From positions 58,448,620 through 58,512,619 of the forward strand of contig NC_068989.1 of assembly GCF_001194135.2 (NCBI RefSeq): a stretch of 64,000 nt of DNA, written 5' to 3'. Positions 1-13,694 of this stretch are shown piece after piece (the stretch's first letter is position 1; each line of letters begins with the position of its first letter). The DNA comes from Octopus bimaculoides. Its lineage: Eukaryota. The notes under the pieces were generated by a model. It was not told where the DNA came from. It was given only the letters and a program-made list of their open reading frames with translations, and did no database searches. Both the position numbers and the translations under genes were made by a program.

Positions 1-1837
1 TAGGAAGGGCATCCAGCTGTAGAAACGAAAACAGACAGTTAGAGCTTGGCATATTCCTCTGGATCACTAGCTCCTGTTAAGCTATTCAGCCCATACCAAA
101 AATGAATGTTAAATGACATGTAATGTGTGTGCATGCACATGTGTGTATTCTTGTTTCCCACCCCACCAGACAACTAGTGTTGGTTTGTTTATGTTCCTGC
201 ATCTTAGTGGTTCAGCAACAAATAGTGATTGCTAGAATAAGGAACAGACTTAAAAAAAAAAAAAATAACCACTGAAATTGATTTGTTTCAGCTCAACGCT
301 TTTGGGCTCAAATCCTGAAGAGGTCAATGGTGCCATTCGTCCTTTCCGGGTTGGTACATAAAGAACCTATCCAGTGAAGTGGATTGGTGAAACTGTAAGC
401 ACAGCCAGTGGGAAATCCTGTTATATTCATTTTGGCTCTGTACGTCCCGAGTTCAAAATCTTGTTTAAATTGTAGCAGGAATTTGAAACCTAACTGCTAG
501 ATATTCAGTCAGATACCACAAATGAACTACCCCAGTTTCATGTGATCGATCAATAAATCAACCAATCAACGTGAGGCTGTGGCGTGATATGATTTTCTTG
601 AATGTTTTAAAAATTGACTTCTTATTCCCTATAAAAACCGTTTGGCACATAACTTAGGGGCAGACGGCCAATAGACCACTAATGCCACAGATCGCCCCGG
701 AAATGTGCGCCGATGACTTTGTGTGTTTTTGAACTAACTGTATGACGTCACACATAGCTTTCTATATTTTTAGAGCAGTTTTCCTTTCCTCTCATTCGGA
801 AATTACTAATATTGTTCAATGTAAATATCTTTATCTCAGGCAATAACTATTACAGTTGTATGTTCGTAAATTTATTGCAGTTATTATTTAGGCTGTCAAC
901 GGAATATGTCTACATTGAACAGCTCAACTAAAGTATCATCACATAGCTGTAAGCTTTTCCAGGTGGACTAAAAAGATTTTTAATAATAATAATGACAATA
1001 AAAAGCACGAAACTCAAGAGTTACGTCCTTATTGACCGGAGCAATCTAAGAGTAGCACATCGTTATCAACATTATTTAAAGATAATAACTATGATAATAG
1101 GGATAAGATGCAATATTTCGTTATCATATTCCCCTCAGTCACGAAGATAGTAACACCCACGTCCCGAGCAGGCCTCTTTCCAATTTATCTGGAGAAAAGC
1201 AAAACAAACTGCATTCAGTTACCATAGCATTCAATAAACACTTTGGAATCGAAAGGATTGCCATACCAACACTTCAAAGAGAAACAAAACGAAACGAGAA
1301 TTATTTGGCTTACTGATAACAAATCAGGACTTCCTAACCTTATGATATACTTGGGAAAAACAAACACGTAACGTTTTGCTTGCTAAACTATGTTGGGTAG
1401 GACATATAGACGAACAAATTAGCTACAACAATCAGCAAAATTTTTCTGGGAAAAGTAGGAATGATGTGTACTACGTCATGGTGACACAGTACACTGCACT
1501 GCTATGTCATTATTACGTAGTATACATTCGCAATTTTTAGTCCATTCATTAAATACTATGCATGATTATATTGTAGCGATATGTTATCAAAATAAATGTC
1601 AGCGTGTTTATTATTGTTAGCCGATGTCAAACGAGAAATTCCTGTTACAAAATCTTTGTAAAGTAAGTACTTTTTATTAGATACTTTTGCTGATATATTT
1701 TTTCATTTTACACACCAGTAGCTGCATTCTTGTAGAATAGAGTCGGAAATAATAGATCGCGCCAAACACGCAATTTCTTCAGATATCTATGTTTCAGTTA
1801 TCGCAATTTGCGATCCAGCAAAAAAAAAAAACCCCAC

Positions 1838-2166
1838 NNNNNNNNNNNNNNNNNNNNNNNNNNNNNNNNNNNNNNNNNNNNNNNNNNNNNNNNNNNNNNN
1901 NNNNNNNNNNNNNNNNNNNNNNNNNNNNNNNNNNNNNNNNNNNNNNNNNNNNNNNNNNNNNNNNNNNNNNNNNNNNNNNNNNNNNNNNNNNNNNNNNNNN
2001 NNNNNNNNNNNNNNNNNNNNNNNNNNNNNNNNNNNNNNNNNNNNNNNNNNNNNNNNNNNNNNNNNNNNNNNNNNNNNNNNNNNNNNNNNNNNNNNNNNNN
2101 NNNNNNNNNNNNNNNNNNNNNNNNNNNNNNNNNNNNNNNNNNNNNNNNNNNNNNNNNNNNNNNNNN
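1838..2166. other. Assembly gap (N)
   Basis: Run of N. Confidence 1.
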
Positions 2167-3207
2167 GAGCGGAGAGCAAGCCCCCGCCTTATGTATGTAT
2201 GTATGTATGTGTGTGTTTATATATTTGCAGTACTGTAAATCTACGATGCTTGAAGTATACACGTCGGAAGAATTGCGGCTTCAAGTGCTAGATTATTTCC
2301 GACTCTATTCTATAGGAATGCTCTCAATAACTTCACTGGTCCTGAATTTTTTAAACGCTTTGTTCAACTGTTAATTTTTTTTTTTTAATAATAAGGAAAT
2401 ACGCGTATTGTTTATATTGACCGCTTCAGAATTTTATTTGAAAGTCACTCGGAGTTTCGTAGTGTGTATTCGTATATTTTTCTTCTAATCACTGTGTAGG
2501 TAAGATGTGATACTTTTATATCGAAATATTTGGTGAGCTTGCATTGTATTACAGGTAAATATGACCAGAAATCAGTCTCTCCTCGTAATTTATAGTATTA
2601 ATAATTATTATATTTGGATGGTTTCCAGTCGGGCACTAATTTGCTTGTGGAGTGAATCGATTATGCAAAAATATGCTTTTACTTACGTAATGATTGGTTT
2701 ACAGAAAGTGAAAAACTTCTTTGACATTTGTCTTAAGACGTACCTAACTTGTTAATGATTAATGACAATAAAAGTTTATATTAACTTTATCGAAGGCATA
2801 CAGATAACTACAGGCATGTCTAACAGTTTGACGTTCTTCGTTCTTGTATTTATGCGAAGTAAATAACTTGATTTATAAATTAAATCCAAATTTTGACGAT
2901 GTTTAACTATAGCGTACCATTTTCACTTTCTTAAATTAGCAAATCTACCGACCACAGAATAATCTTTTAGACTCCGTTCATGGTCAAGTCGTTTGTCAAA
3001 GAGGAAATTTTTTGGTGCACCTAAGAATTATTTTTGGTTGACATTTTTTTGCGTCGCTAACTGTTGTTGTTGACAGCAATATTATCATTTATTTAAAATT
3101 ATTATTTAAACGGCCAAAATGTATCTGGCTCACTGGGCGCTGATAAGACGAATATTCGTCTCTGATATTTATTGTACTTGTAATATTGTAGGTCCTTAAG
3201 AGATGTT

Positions 3208-3448
3208 GGTACTACTAAAGCAGCACGGTCCCGAGCGCGCAGTCGCGCGTCCGCGCTAGCTAGTCGTGAGTGGACGATCCTAGCCCTGACCCTGTCCCTA
3301 ACCCTAACTCTAACCCTATCCCTAACCCTAACCCTAACCCGCATGTGCAAATGAATACGTGTTTAGGGTTAGGGTTGGGGTTGGGATCGACCACTCACGA
3401 CTGGCTGGCGCGGCTGCGCGTTCGGGACCGTGCTGCTTTAGTAGTACC
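3208..3448. mobile_element. Merlin-like MITE with internal telomeric repeats
   Basis: 27-bp perfect TIR GGTACTACTAAAGCAGCACGGTCCCGA, 8-bp TSD GAGATGTT (3200-3207 and 3449-3456), (CCCTAA)n in the left arm and (TTAGGG)-like repeats in the right arm. Confidence 0.8.
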
Positions 3449-3849
3449 GAGATGTTAACTCAGGACAAATACCTCTGTAACAGGTTTATCAACAGTGTTT
3501 ATGTATTAGGTATGATACATAGAGGGTTATTTTGATCAAATACTTTTTCCGTTGCGTATACCAGATTTTTAATCAACTGCAGGACTACTCGCAACATAGG
3601 TTAATGTTTTATTTCCTTTTTTCTTATATCAAAGATGACAAATTCTTGTCCCAGTATGGAGACAGCTGCAAGTATGTGCCACTGAAAAGGTGCTGCAGAA
3701 AGGCGGAAATGCATCTAGCGTACTTGCTAGCTGCTGTTGGGACGAATTTTCATCTCTGTGATATTCATTCTTTTTAACACAGTGAGTCCATAACAAATAT
3801 TATCTCAGTACAAATATATATGTATCTGTGTGTGTGTGTGTTTGTGTAT

Positions 3850-3897
<48 letters not shown>

Positions 3898-4407
3898 GAA
3901 AATCCCCTTCAAACATAAATGACCATGGGATTGTTCCTAGAAAGTTCCCCTCTGAGACACAAGTTCAGGCAAGGTTGTTTATGGAAGACCAGCAGTTGCC
4001 CATGCATACCAGCTTCTCCTCTCTATGCCACCGATGTTATCCAAGAGAAAGGCAAAGGCTGGTAGAGGTTGGCAACTCATTTCTACAGTTGAATGAACTG
4101 GAGCAACATGAAATAAAGTGTCTTGGTCAAGAACACAACACACAGCCTGGTTCAGGAATCCAACTCACTAACTCATGATTGTGAGACCAGCGCTCTAACC
4201 ACTGAAATGACAAATATTGAAGAATGGAGTTAGCAAATTATTTCAATATTTCATTTACAGTTGTTTCATCATTATTCAATATAATCAATCTTGCATAATT
4301 GTTGTTACTATGTCAACAACAATTGATTAATTTTCATATGTTATTGAGGATTTCTTTTATAACATGTTGAACATGATTCCACAGAACTCTAAAAATAATA
4401 TATAAGA

Positions 4408-4568
4408 AGCACATGCATGGCTGTGTGGTAAGAAGCTTGCTTCTCAACCTCATGGTTCTGGGTTCAGTCCCACTGCATGGTACCTTGGGCAAGTGTCTTC
4501 TACTATAGTCTCGGGCTGACCAAAGCATTGAGAGTGGATTTCGTAGATGGAAACTGAAAGAAGTCCGT

Positions 4569-4570
<2 letters not shown>
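4408..4570 (+). mobile_element. Major tRNA-derived SINE family copy
   Basis: ggctgtgtggtaagaagcttgc...gggttcagtccc...ggcaagtgtcttctactatag. Other copies near 8752, 20960, 43040 (-), 58990 (-) and 63808. Confidence 0.85.
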
Positions 4571-4602
<32 letters not shown>

Positions 4603-4609
4603 CAGCTAG

Positions 4610-4692
<83 letters not shown>
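4570..4692. repeat. (TG)n/(TA)n microsatellite
   Basis: Seen directly. Confidence 0.95.
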
Positions 4693-4693
<1 letters not shown>

Positions 4694-6394
4694 CTGGCTG
4701 AAACTTCCAAGCCACTTTTTACAGCATTCTTGTTTAAGAATAATATATTTGTACTCAACAAAAGTATATAGTAACCCATCAGATTAATGTAAAATTGTTT
4801 TGATTATAACTGAACATAAAAAACAAGCATTAATATATATTTCTATAGGTATGGGGATGCAGACAGGAAAATTAGAACTCAAAATATGAGTATATATATA
4901 TATTTTTATTAATATTTAGCAGAAGCAGCAGAGTGACTCGAGGCCCAATAGTTTGGTGCGTTGGTACTTATCAAGCTTAAATGATTAATGCCATAATGCA
5001 TCAGAGAAATGAATGGGTGAAGAACAATTGATTAAGTTATTAAAATGGCTATTTATTAAGATGGTTATAATATTAGTCATTACAATATATTAAACATACA
5101 ACTTTGTCAAGTTGTTTGTGTGTACACAGCTATTTTGTAGATCTTTGAGTCCATTAAGTATGTCAGCTTCATCTCTGTGTGTTGCTAATAAAGAGAAAGA
5201 TAGAGAGCAAGAAAGTCTAGGTAAGAATCTACCTTAGCACATGTTAATCAGCATACTTGATCCTGTCATTAAATCCATTTGGTGACATATTTTGATATTA
5301 TCAGACCTTATTATACATTTAAAGTAGCTCAGAGATTTAGTAACTCTGGCTAGTCCTGCTTCAGTCTGTTCTTGGGCCATACTGTTTAACTGCCATGTAT
5401 GATTGTATGGTGCATAGTGTAGCTGTAGGATATAGGATATATTCTGTCTAGTTTGCTACCCTGTCTGTTTATGTATGATTGTAAATAAAGTTTGGTGATT
5501 GCAAGGGTTGTTGCTTGCTTGACTTGTTCAGTGTTGTATCCACATCTCCCTCATATATTTCCCTATTATCTTTAAAATGAAAACCATATAACAGTGTTTC
5601 TTAACTTGGTATGTAAAACCCAATTATTTTTTTTTTGCTCCTAGATACATTTTCGTTTTTTCTTATCCATAAATCAGCAAAAGATCTGGATTGTTCTCAA
5701 TACCAAAATGCCACACATCTCAAAGTCAATTGAGAAAAAGTAATAGCTATGATCACATTAAATAGTTTTATAAGTATTTTTTTTTTTTTGAGCTTTCAGA
5801 TTAAATGATGAGAATGATTTTGAAATCTTGAAGTGGTGCAAGCCAGAGAAAATAGTCAAGAACTGCTTCTATATACAATGACTTAAAACCTTGGACATTA
5901 TATCCACGATATATAGACAAGAATAAAATGTGGACTGAAGAATGAATTTTAGCTGGTATTAGAGTGAAGTCATCATCATTATCATTATCATCAACGTTTA
6001 ACATACATTTTCCATGCTGGTATGGGTTGGATGGCTTGACAGGAACTGGCAAGGCCAGGAGCTGCACCAAGTTCCATGGTCTCTTTGGCTTGTTTTCTAC
6101 AGCTCAGAGCCCTTCCTAATACCAGCCACTTTGCAGAATGTACTGGGTGCATTTTGCATGGTACTAGCACCAGTGACAGTTTAGTTGATATTGATACATA
6201 GTAAACTCCTGTAAACTGATTAGCTGATGTTAAAGAGGATGTTCAGTGATATCTGTCTGTTAGTAAAAAAAAAAAAAAAAGACCAAAGGTCCTTCATGAG
6301 TCATAAGCTCATAAGGCTGGTTTCCTGGATTCTGTGTCATACATATTTCCTCCAGGATGGCAGTCTTTCATAATGGCATCTCCAAGCCTGTTTC

Positions 6395-7345
6395 TTTGCA
6401 CAACCATTAAATGCAAGTGAACCATCATCGATGCTGACACATTTCTCTCCTGTGACATCACAATTCTCTCTTACACAGTCTTGCAATCTGAAATATTTCA
6501 ATTCTTTGGTCTTCATGCCACTGAACATTGGCAAACTTCTTTTCTGCTTCTCCTTTGGTTATATATACCTGTCTCCTAGCCTCCCTTCTGGCTATCTGAT
6601 ATAATTCTCTGCTACCCCAACTCTTGCATGTTTTCCATGCCTGTTTCTTTGCTCTAATGGCCCTGTCTACAGTATTATTCCACCACCATGTTATCCTAGG
6701 TCTGGAAGGGACTTTGCACCAGCTGCAGATTTGGTCTGTGGCGCTCAGTAAGCTGTCACGCAGGAATTTCCAGTTACCCTCTATGTCACAAATCTGTAGC
6801 TCCTCCTCCCTCTCATCAAATTTCTTAATGAGGATGTCCCTAAATCTCTGACCATGTGAAGGGTTCTTAAGCTTCCAAATCCTTCTTTTCTGCTTCTTGG
6901 CATCCTTCTGGCTTCAAGTCTAAAGTCACTGGTGACTAGTCTATGCTGGTGGGTACATTCTTCACCAGGGAGGGTCTTTGTATTTAGGAGCAATCATGCA
7001 TCCCGCTGTCTGGTGAGGATGAAATCAATCTGGCTAGCAGAATCACCTGATTGATAGGTTGTCAGGTGGCTGGCTGACTTCCTGAAGTTGGTATTAATAG
7101 GTTGCTTGCATCATAGAACTCCAATAGCCTAGTTCCCTCTTCATTTCAGGAACCAATTCCATGGCCCCTATGAACACCATGGAAGATAATTGTAGCTATA
7201 CTATTCTGCAAAACTAGCCTAAGCTTAAGCACTTTATTGCACACTCTGACTACCTCTATGATCTTATCCACCCATTTCTCTATGAGGAGTATACCTACAC
7301 CCACCACTCCATTACTGTTACTTTCCTAGAATATTTTGTACCTAT
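6395..7345 (-). mobile_element. Degraded RTE-clade LINE, AP-endonuclease region
   Basis: Minus-strand GVGILLIEKWVDKIIEVVRV and SQIDFILTRQ...EECTHQHRLVTSDFRL, with stops and frameshifts. Confidence 0.75.
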
Positions 7346-9794
7346 TGTGTTTTTTTTATCTCTATAATGAGCTCTGCTGCACCCTTTCTGTTAATAGTGA
7401 AAACTTCATTTACATGTAACTTAGCTGATTTCATTATCAGCTCCTTCAACAAGTTTTTTCCCCCCAGATAATATGCCTTTTATGATATAGAAAAAAATTA
7501 CACTTGAATAAAGTTGTATTTTTATTTGAGATTTATTAATATATTATTGGTCCTGTATTTTGGACTATTTTTACAATACATTTCTTACTGTAAGTTCAAA
7601 TTCTCAACTTGGTAAACACCAAACAATGGTGTAGTGATTCTATTAGAGAACATCATTGTTTAAATGGTGTTTCTAAAACTTAAGACAGTGAATTGGCAGA
7701 ATCATTAGCGTGTTAGAAAAACTACTTTATAGTATTTGTTCAGAATACATTATATTCTGAGTTTAAGTCACACTGAAGTCAACTTGTGGCTTTTATGCCT
7801 TTGGAGTTGATAAAATAAAGTATCAAAACAATTTGAGTGAAAAAGTATTACATTTAACAGAGTAATCTGAACACTAAAGGGTTAAATAAAAAAAAGAACA
7901 TTATTATTTAGTAGTGTCATAGAGTTTCCACTTCATTTGAGGTCACTATTTAGCTTTGTCATGTTAAAACTTTCACTTATTGGGTCACTATTTAGTAATA
8001 TCATGGTGCTAAAACTCTTATTAGGACACTATTTAGCAATGTCATCATGTTTTTGAAGATGTTACTCCTTATCAGGTTACTATTTAGCAATCTCGTGTTT
8101 AAGTTATTTTTGAGTGAATAATTTTAACACTATAATGAATTTTATTTTGTGTTGTTTAAAAGTGCAGATGAATATTCAAGCAAAAAAGATCTGTTAATTC
8201 ACATATAGCGAGCAATATTATCTCTTTAAGTACGTAAGACAGCTGTGTTTATTTCAGTTTTTCCAAAATTTAAGTCTTATCATAATAGAGAGGGGAAGTG
8301 TATAGATCAAGTTTACTGTTACTTTCTAGCATTTTTTTGTAAAAATAATAGCTCCATATCTATCTAATAATACACACCAAACAAAACACTAAATTAACCA
8401 TAGAGGACACATAGTAAATATATATAAAAATGGCATGGAACATGGATAATTTTAAAACAGGATGTTTGTGTCCTAGAACCAGGGGTGATATCAGGCAGGT
8501 TGGTAACAAAAAGGTTAAATTTATATGCAATAAATTGCTTATACTTCTACAATACACAAAATATTTCAGTTTTTTTAAAAATACAATTCCTTAATTATAA
8601 AAATACAGTAGGATGTTATTATATAAACATTGAACGGCTCTGAAAGTCCAGTAGAGTAAAATAGGAATCGAAGACATCCATAGGCAAAAAATAGTTGATA
8701 TCACTGATTTCTAAGTTATATAGCATGAATATCTACAAATTTATATCCATAAGGTGCAGGCATAGATGTGTGGTTGAGAAGCTTACTTCAACTACATGGT
8801 TTCAGATTCAGTCTCACTCTGTGGCACCTTAGACAAGTGTCTTCTGCTATATCCCTGGACTAACCAGAGCCTTGTAAATGAATTGGGTAGATGGAAACTG
8901 GAAGAATCCCATCATATGTGTGTGTGTGTGTATATCATCATCATTATCATCGTTTAACGTTCGCTTTCCATGCTAGCATGGGCTGGACGATTTGATTGAG
9001 GACTGGCAAGCCAGAAGGCTGCACCAGGCTCCAATCTGATCTGGCAGAGTTTCTACAGCTGGATGCCCTTCCGAACGCCAACCACTCTGAGAGTGTAGTG
9101 GGTGCTTTTATGTGCCACCGGCATGAGAGCCAGTCACACGGTACTGGCAATGGCCACGCTCAAAAAGGTGTTTTTTACATGCCACTTGCATGGGAGCCAG
9201 TCCAGCGGCACTGGTAACGACCTTGCTCGAATGATATATATATATATAACATATGTTTTCTCCAATCCTTAAATTCTTATATATATATACATATATATAA
9301 TGTATATATATTTTGAATTGTGTCTTTGTGTCTAGACACTGCATGATAGTTGTGAAAAAGTGTCACTGTCATACAAGTAGTATCCTTTTCAATCTTACTT
9401 GAAAAATGTCTGGCTACAGGAAAATATTACCTTACTTGGAAACAGGTGATGGTTGGTAACAGGAAGGGTATCTGGCCACAGAAAATTTGATTCAATGAAT
9501 TCTGTCTGGTCCATGCAAGCAAGGAAAAGTGGACATTATGATGTTGATGATGGTAAAGTCTCCCAGTGTCCTTGCTATTTGAAATTTATAAATATATATA
9601 TATATACACACTTGTGGTCTGAGATCAACTTTTTCAAGGTTCAGTTCACAGCTCACTCTTATTTATTATAGTCCTCCAGGCCATAACAGAAAAATAATTA
9701 AAATTTAGAAAAAAACCCCCATAAAACAATTAAGCAAAGCATTTGGAATTAATAGAAAGGCAGAGAAAAGAAAAACACTCCTGAAAAAAGATTA

Positions 9795-9830
<36 letters not shown>

Positions 9831-10837
9831 TATGTGTGGGTGTGTTTGTGTGTAAGTATATAAAAATACATAAAGAAATAGGTTGACAGAAAGAAGTTAT
9901 TGACACTTGTTCAAATTCATTCTGACTGAACAATAACCTTGGACTGACCATTTGCAATTAAAAGTTGGTGTGGGTGTGTACATGCCCATTTTTAATTGTA
10001 CGCTCACACATACAAATACACATGTAAACACATATAGTCCCACTTGAAAATTTTGTTATTTCAGTGAGCCGAGAAATATGTTCCAAAATGTAAATTTCGA
10101 AGTTAGCTTTAATTATAAAATTACTTTAATTATAAAATTACTCTCAATATCTAAAAATATTTTTTCAAGCTTTAGAATTATTGCATTTATGTTCAAATAT
10201 TTTTCATTAAATTGAACCTTGTTCTTTCTTTTTAAATACATTTTTTGTCATTTTGTACTATTCCAATTTGTCAAACACTTGAAATTACCATAGTGGGTAG
10301 GGCAAAATTTGTAACTGGGGAAAAATAAGTCATTTCTGATTTCTCTTTGTTTCCTCCCTACCTGTTTGAAAGTATTGCTTCATTTATATTGGTGCATTGT
10401 CTTTAGGAGTAAAAATTGGTCAGTTTAGTAGTTATTGATATTAAGAGAGTTTGCAACACATTCAAGCGACAGCTGCTTTTTTTTCAAGAAATTTTCCTTC
10501 AACTTCAATCTGATTGTAATTGAGGTTGTTAATAAATTATTTGCGTAGTTTTTGGTGTTAAACAATCAATATTCTTATTTCTGTTGGATTCCATGTAAAT
10601 TTTTTCTCACCCTAACGTCTAATTTGATAATTTTCCATTTTCAGAAAAATGATGTCTTAAATGGGGCAACATGAGTAATGACTAATTTCAATAATTTCTT
10701 CTCTTTAATTGCTTGGTGTGTTAATATATCAGGAAGAAAGCCATTCCAGCAGATTGTGAAGATACTCTAGAGAATATTTTATGTTGAGTTTTTAGATTTA
10801 GCTGAATTTCATTAATCTCATGTGCCAATTTTCTACA

Positions 10838-11386
10838 AGGCGTAGGAGTGGCTGTGTGGTTCCGGGTTCAGTCCCACTGCGTGGCACCTTGGGCAAGTGT
10901 CTTCTACTATAGCCTCGGGCCGACCAAAGCCTTGTGAGTGGATTTGGTAGACAGAAACTGAAAGAAGCCCGTCGTATATATGTATATATATATATATATC
11001 ATCATCATCATCATCATCATCGTTTAACGTCCGCTTTCCATGCTAGCATGGGTTGGACGATTTGACTGAGGACTGGTGAAACCGGACGGCAACACCAGGC
11101 TCCAATCTAATTTGGCAGAGTTTCTACAGCTGGATGCCCTTCCTAACGCCAACCACTCAGAGAGTGTAGTAGGTGCTTTTGTCTGTTTTTGTCCCCCCCA
11201 ACATCGCTTGACAACCGATGCTGGTGTGTTTACATCCCCGTAACTTAGCGGTTCGGCAAAAGAGACCGATACAATAAGTACTAGGCTTACAAAGAATAAG
11301 TCCTGGGGTCGATTTGCTTGACTAAAGGCGGTGCTCCAGCATGGCCACAGTCAAATGACTGAAACAAGTAAAAGAGTAAAAGAGTA
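10838..11386 (+). mobile_element. Near full-length major SINE with a nested (CAT)n-flanked element at 10999-11180
   Basis: Head, (TA)n middle and gaaacaagtaaaagagt tail; nested catcatc-gtttaacgtccgc element. Confidence 0.85.
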
Positions 11387-12176
11387 ATCCACTTTTATTT
11401 GACCTAGATATTTAAAATTTTTGTTGCATTTCTGATCTTTTTGATGTCTAAGGATGGACATTGATTGTATGAGTCTTTTTTCAAATGTAATTTTAGAGAA
11501 CTGAAGAGGCAAATTTACCTTATTTTGTCTTACTTATTTTATCCCATCCAAATTTGTCTCAAAGAGAACAGAGATGATTTTCTGAAATAGTATTCTGAAT
11601 ATGTTATAGTGTTTTAAATGCATTTAGAGAAGGTCATTTGCTTAGCTGATATAGTTTTTGTAAGGTAGAGAACATTTGTAAAAAATATTTTTTTCTTAAA
11701 GTCCAAAATGCAATAAATCTTACTCATTGTGTTCCCCCCACCCCCACTGGAAACTGGAAGAGTGGACTTTTGGAATACCTATTCCATACAAGATGAAATT
11801 TCCCCATTTTTGTCTGGACTTCCCTCCATTTTTTTTATCATGCTTTGTAAAACAAGATTCAGACAATGCAACACAGACTTTAAAAAAAAGACTTTCACTT
11901 TAATGACAGGTTGTTGTGTTGTGTTACAGACTTGCACTTAACGTTCCTATGTTTTTAATCAAAACTTGTTAGTTATTATGGTGACAACACTACCCATCTG
12001 TCTATCTTTCACACATTCTCTTGTAAAGAGCAAACAAACAAATGATGTATATGTAGGAAGATATGGTATTGACTATAATGCCATGGCTTTCATAAGAAAA
12101 CAGCTATGTCTTTAACAGTTAAAACATCTTCATTAAAGATATTGAAGATATTGATTTATAGAGGAGGATCAGTTAC

Positions 12177-12610
12177 TTATAATTTTATTCAACATATTCC
12201 CACACTTATTGCAGAAGTCATTCAGTTTTTCTAAGCCCTGTAAAAAGAACTTAGAAGTTTAGGCCTCCAACCAGGCCTCTGTAGCAGTGATCACTTCCAA
12301 ACTAGAGTGAAATTTCATTCCCCTGAGATGTTTCTTCAGTTGTGGAAAGAGGTGATTGTTGGATGGGGGGAAAATCAGGAGAGTAAGGTGAGTGGTCTAC
12401 AAATTCAAAGCCAAAGTCACATTGGTGCATTGATCCTGCAAAAACAGAACACCCTGTCTCAGCTTTCCATGGCGTTTCTGCTTCAAAGCTTCATGCAGTT
12501 CATCCAACAGAGACGTGTAATATTCTGCATTGATGGTAAGACCCTTTGGCAGGTATTTTATGAGGAATACTCCGTCTTTGTCCCAGAACACTGCAGCCAG
12601 AATCTTTCCT
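12177..12610 (-). mobile_element. Mariner transposase remnant
   Basis: GKILAAVFWDKDGVFLIKYLPKGLTINAEYY...GVLFLQD matches the mariner catalytic core; disrupted. Confidence 0.85.
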
Positions 12611-13694
12611 GTTGATTTCAGGTGTGTCATTTTCATCTGCATCCAGCAACTCAACTATATCTGAGTCTACATCATCTGAGAGAATATACTGGGGAACCTC
12701 TTCTGTTGTGTAATGAGTCTGTGTTCTCCTTCGAAGTTGATGTGTCATTTTCCTAAATAAAAAAATAACACAAGTAAATATAATGACACGAAAGACATAA
12801 AAACAAACTTTGATTGTTACGTGACAAGGGTCAGTGTTCGAATGTGTTTGAATGATAGAGTCGAATGGTAATGTAAAGTAGGACATTACAACAAACTCAG
12901 CCCTCCACTAGGTAGTAGGTCTCTTTATAAGCAACTTACAACACATTCCACGTATCTGTATAAGCATAAAAGGTCAATAACATGACCAGACATTACACTT
13001 GTTTTTGTAGTAAAACATAACTTTTGAAGTCCAAAGTTGCCATGTCGTAACTAAAAGTAAAGCCTTCTTCTATCACCCTCATTATATTTGTTGCCCAGCA
13101 TGAGAAGTATTTAATATGTAAGTACTAACTTTACCCTGTAATCTATCTAATATGTAAGTGCTAACTTTACCCAGTAATCTATCAAGAAACAAACTTCATA
13201 CAATAACAATAGTAAAAGGTCAAACTTACTTCCTGTATTGACATAAATACTAAGGTTGACTGCACTAACTTTCCGGGCCCACACAAGCTTGCAGCTGCCA
13301 TCTTGTTATACTCAAGAATGAAAAGCATCATGGGAGATTGCGATTGCACAATCCACCTGACAATGGAAGCAATTTGTGATATTTTACAGAACATAGCTTT
13401 TTTAGTTGCCATATGACAACTATGGACTATAAAGGGTTAATAATATCATATTCCTTGTTTCAAGGAGAGATTAATATTTATAACTGCAGTTTTATTTCAA
13501 TATTTTGTGAGAAATTAATAAAATGTCTGAAATTCTAATATCATTATTATTTCTTTGGATGGCTTTTAGTTTATGTAAATTTTCTTTTTTTTTTTAATCA
13601 AGAAATTATAAAATTAAAAATATAACAATATTATTAAATTTCTTTTTATGTTTTGCAGAAGTTGACATGCCAAACTAATTGATAGATATTCAAG

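Larger units (their letters stand above)
480..3520 (+). promoter_or_regulatory. CpG-retaining region, likely ABCB6 promoter and 5' UTR exon(s)
   Basis: CG dinucleotides are visibly frequent here and scarce in the downstream introns (judged by eye). Perfect CRE palindrome TGACGTCA at 743-750. Strong + donors at 1663 (gtaagt), 2500 (gtaaga) and 2555 (gtaaat). Exon 1 at 13659 begins with an acceptor, so an upstream non-coding exon must exist. Confidence 0.55.

Noticed and set aside
1020-1400. Possible minus-strand exons of a divergent transcript (acceptor near 1193, donor near 1338)
   Set aside because: All frames close quickly, and such signals are common by chance in AT-rich DNA.
1787-2374. 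Long ORFs of X residues here and at 47502-48398 and 62339-62802
   Set aside because: Artefacts of N gaps.
3102-3458. ORFs with RVRVRD and PNPNPN repeats
   Set aside because: Translations of the MITE's telomeric repeats; no splice or coding context.
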